Origin: a virus
Lineage: Duplodnaviria > Caudoviricetes
Length of the DNA stretch: 25,406 nt
Reading direction: 5' to 3' (one strand)
IMG/VR virus record: IMGVR_UViG_3300025676_000071
Coordinates: 1 to 25,406 of that record
Part shown: positions 24,510 to 25,406 of the stretch, piece after piece
Layout of the letters: each line of letters starts with the position of its first letter
Numbering within the stretch: position 1 is the stretch's first letter
Notes under the pieces: generated by a model
Seen by the model: only the letters and a program-made list of their open reading frames with translations
Databases searched by the model: none
What the model was told of the DNA's origin: nothing
Translations under genes and position numbers: made by a program

Positions 24510-24740
24510 TTATAATCCTTGATTTTCGTAATAGTTAAGTGTGCGTTGCCATTCCTCCTCATAAGCCTCGTAGTCTTCGCCAAATCCTGCTTCTTGCACT
24601 CTGTGCATATACTCATAATGCTCTTGCTCGGATTGTGCGAACATCTCTAAGTCCCGAATCTCGGAAGCGTAGCGTTCTCGTACATCATCGTACTGAGCCC
24701 CGAATACATGGTCTGCGTGTTCTCTTGCTGTATCAAACAT
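24510..24740 (-). CDS. Very acidic Tyr/Glu-rich protein, 76 aa
   Basis: ORF track; 4 nt after the upstream stop. Confidence 0.75.
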   Translation of the reverse strand: MFDTAREHADHVFGAQYDDVRERYASEIRDLEMFAQSEQEHYEYMHRVQEAGFGEDYEAYEEEWQRTLNYYENQGL

Positions 24741-24744
24741 AATT

Positions 24745-24951
24745 TTAGAATCTTAGGTTTTTGAGTGATGTGTTTTTCTTGAGCCATCTGCGGAGTGGAT
24801 GAAATGCTTTGGCTGAGAAGTGAGCAAGATACTGCTGTCCGTTCTTGGCGAGAATCATGTGACCACTTGCCGTTGCTCGAATCTCCTCGATGTCGGGACA
24901 TTTCTTCAGTTGTTTCATTACTTTTCGATTACCGCTTTCTGAATGTTTCAT
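24745..24951 (-). CDS. Small basic protein, possible HicA-like fold, 68 aa (leaderless)
   Basis: Start reassigned to ATG 24951; helix-EIRATASGHMIL-KNG-YLAH-helix layout. Confidence 0.6.
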   Translation of the reverse strand: MKHSESGNRKVMKQLKKCPDIEEIRATASGHMILAKNGQQYLAHFSAKAFHPLRRWLKKNTSLKNLRF

Positions 24952-24957
24952 GGTTCC

Positions 24958-24985
24958 AGTATGACAGACTGGGCATGGAATGCAA
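24958..24985 (-). promoter_or_regulatory. Promoter, class B
   Basis: TTGCAT-N16-CATACT with TGT before the -10, N6-ATG. Confidence 0.75.
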
Positions 24986-25016
24986 CAAAAAAAAAGACCA
25001 ATTAGAAGATAGTCAT

Positions 25017-25089
25017 AACTCGTTGTCTTACAACAAGTTGGGAGGCGGCTCCTGGCGCCCGCGCCCAAGTCGTTGACTGAGAGGGACTT
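25017..25089. repeat. Paired-palindrome element 7
   Basis: AACTCGTTGT-ctt-ACAACAAGTT / 27 bp / AAGTCGTTGA-ctg-AGAGGGACTT; centres 25028 and 25078. Confidence 0.95.
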
Positions 25090-25162
25090 ACGCCGGCCAG
25101 AACCAGACCACAAGAAACAAAATCACAAACGGCAACGCAATAGCTGTTATTAGTTCAAACAT
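25088..25162 (-). CDS. Tiny hydrophobic peptide, 24 aa
   Basis: Hand-translated MFELITAIALPFVILFLVVWFWPA; TAA overlaps the palindrome edge. Confidence 0.6.
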   Translation of the reverse strand: MFELITAIALPFVILFLVVWFWPA

Positions 25163-25182
25163 TTTTTGTTATTAGTTAAAGT

Positions 25183-25362
25183 TTAGTAGCCTAACCAGTC
25201 TAAAACATCTTGGGCAAGGTAAGTTTCCTTGTCTCCTAATTCATCAAAGAATTCTTTTAAGTCTACAAGCCCATGGGCTTTTAGCTCTTGGCAAGTTCTT
25301 TCCCTGGAAATCATTATGCCCTCGGCTGAGTCGTAGTATTCGCTAAAATTGTCGCCCCTCAC
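25183..25362 (-). CDS. Small acidic hypothetical protein, about 59 aa (frame is open to the window edge)
   Basis: Hand-translated (V)RGDNFSEYYDSAEGIMISRE...AQDVLDWLGY; GAGGGGG upstream of the GTG. Confidence 0.6.
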   Translation of the reverse strand: MRGDNFSEYYDSAEGIMISRERTCQELKAHGLVDLKEFFDELGDKETYLAQDVLDWLGY

Positions 25363-25406
25363 GAATTTACCCCCTCTTGAACGAAACCCGTTTCGTCTTT
25401 CTTGGC

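Noticed and set aside
18042-25089. Palindromic repeats as a CRISPR array
   Set aside because: Copies are too divergent, come in pairs, are separated by over 1 kb of genes, the 27-bp linkers resemble each other, and no cas genes are present
18042-25089. Elements as classical integron attC, dif or parS sites
   Set aside because: No consistent RYYYAAC...GTTRRRY ends, no match to dif or parS consensus, cassettes have their own promoters, and no integrase is in the window
17668-25113. Plus-strand ORFs and long upstream starts in the array (17880, 18951, 21474, 23852, 25113)
   Set aside because: They run through promoters or repeat elements; ATGs 5-6 nt below the -10 boxes give a consistent alternative
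1-25406. Alternative genetic code
   Set aside because: Long conserved genes read intact under the standard bacterial code, and TAA, TGA and TAG all appear to act as stops

Overview
A fragment of a large tailed dsDNA phage genome with almost all genes on the minus strand, in two parts. (1) Positions 1-17,000 hold a late head and packaging block. Read in transcription order it encodes PhoH, a TM+GAF protein, a Zn-ribbon protein, a Cys-rich sigma70-family factor, a coiled-coil protein, GDP-mannose 4,6-dehydratase, a C2H2+ERCC4-like nuclease, TerL, portal, a K/D/E-rich protein, a PAP2-phosphatase fused to the putative prohead protease/scaffold, a decoration protein, the major capsid protein and head-completion proteins. 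Many of these genes are preceded by a GTGTA motif. (2) Positions 17,200-25,406 hold an array of about 1.06-1.31 kb modules of tiny ORFs. Each module boundary is a 73-bp element made of two 23-bp palindromes (AAGTCGTTGA-N3-TCAACGACTT consensus) exactly 50 bp apart centre to centre around a GC-rich linker; there are 7 copies. Downstream lie sigma70-type promoters whose -10 box sits 5-6 nt from the ATG (leaderless). One promoter class is always about 77-79 bp from a palindrome centre. Several modules end in a tiny hydrophobic peptide or a stop codon inside the palindrome. One module carries a tRNA-like RNA with a structured insert of about 50 nt in the anticodon arm, followed by a second structured RNA. 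All calls come from reading the sequence by eye; no database searches were run.
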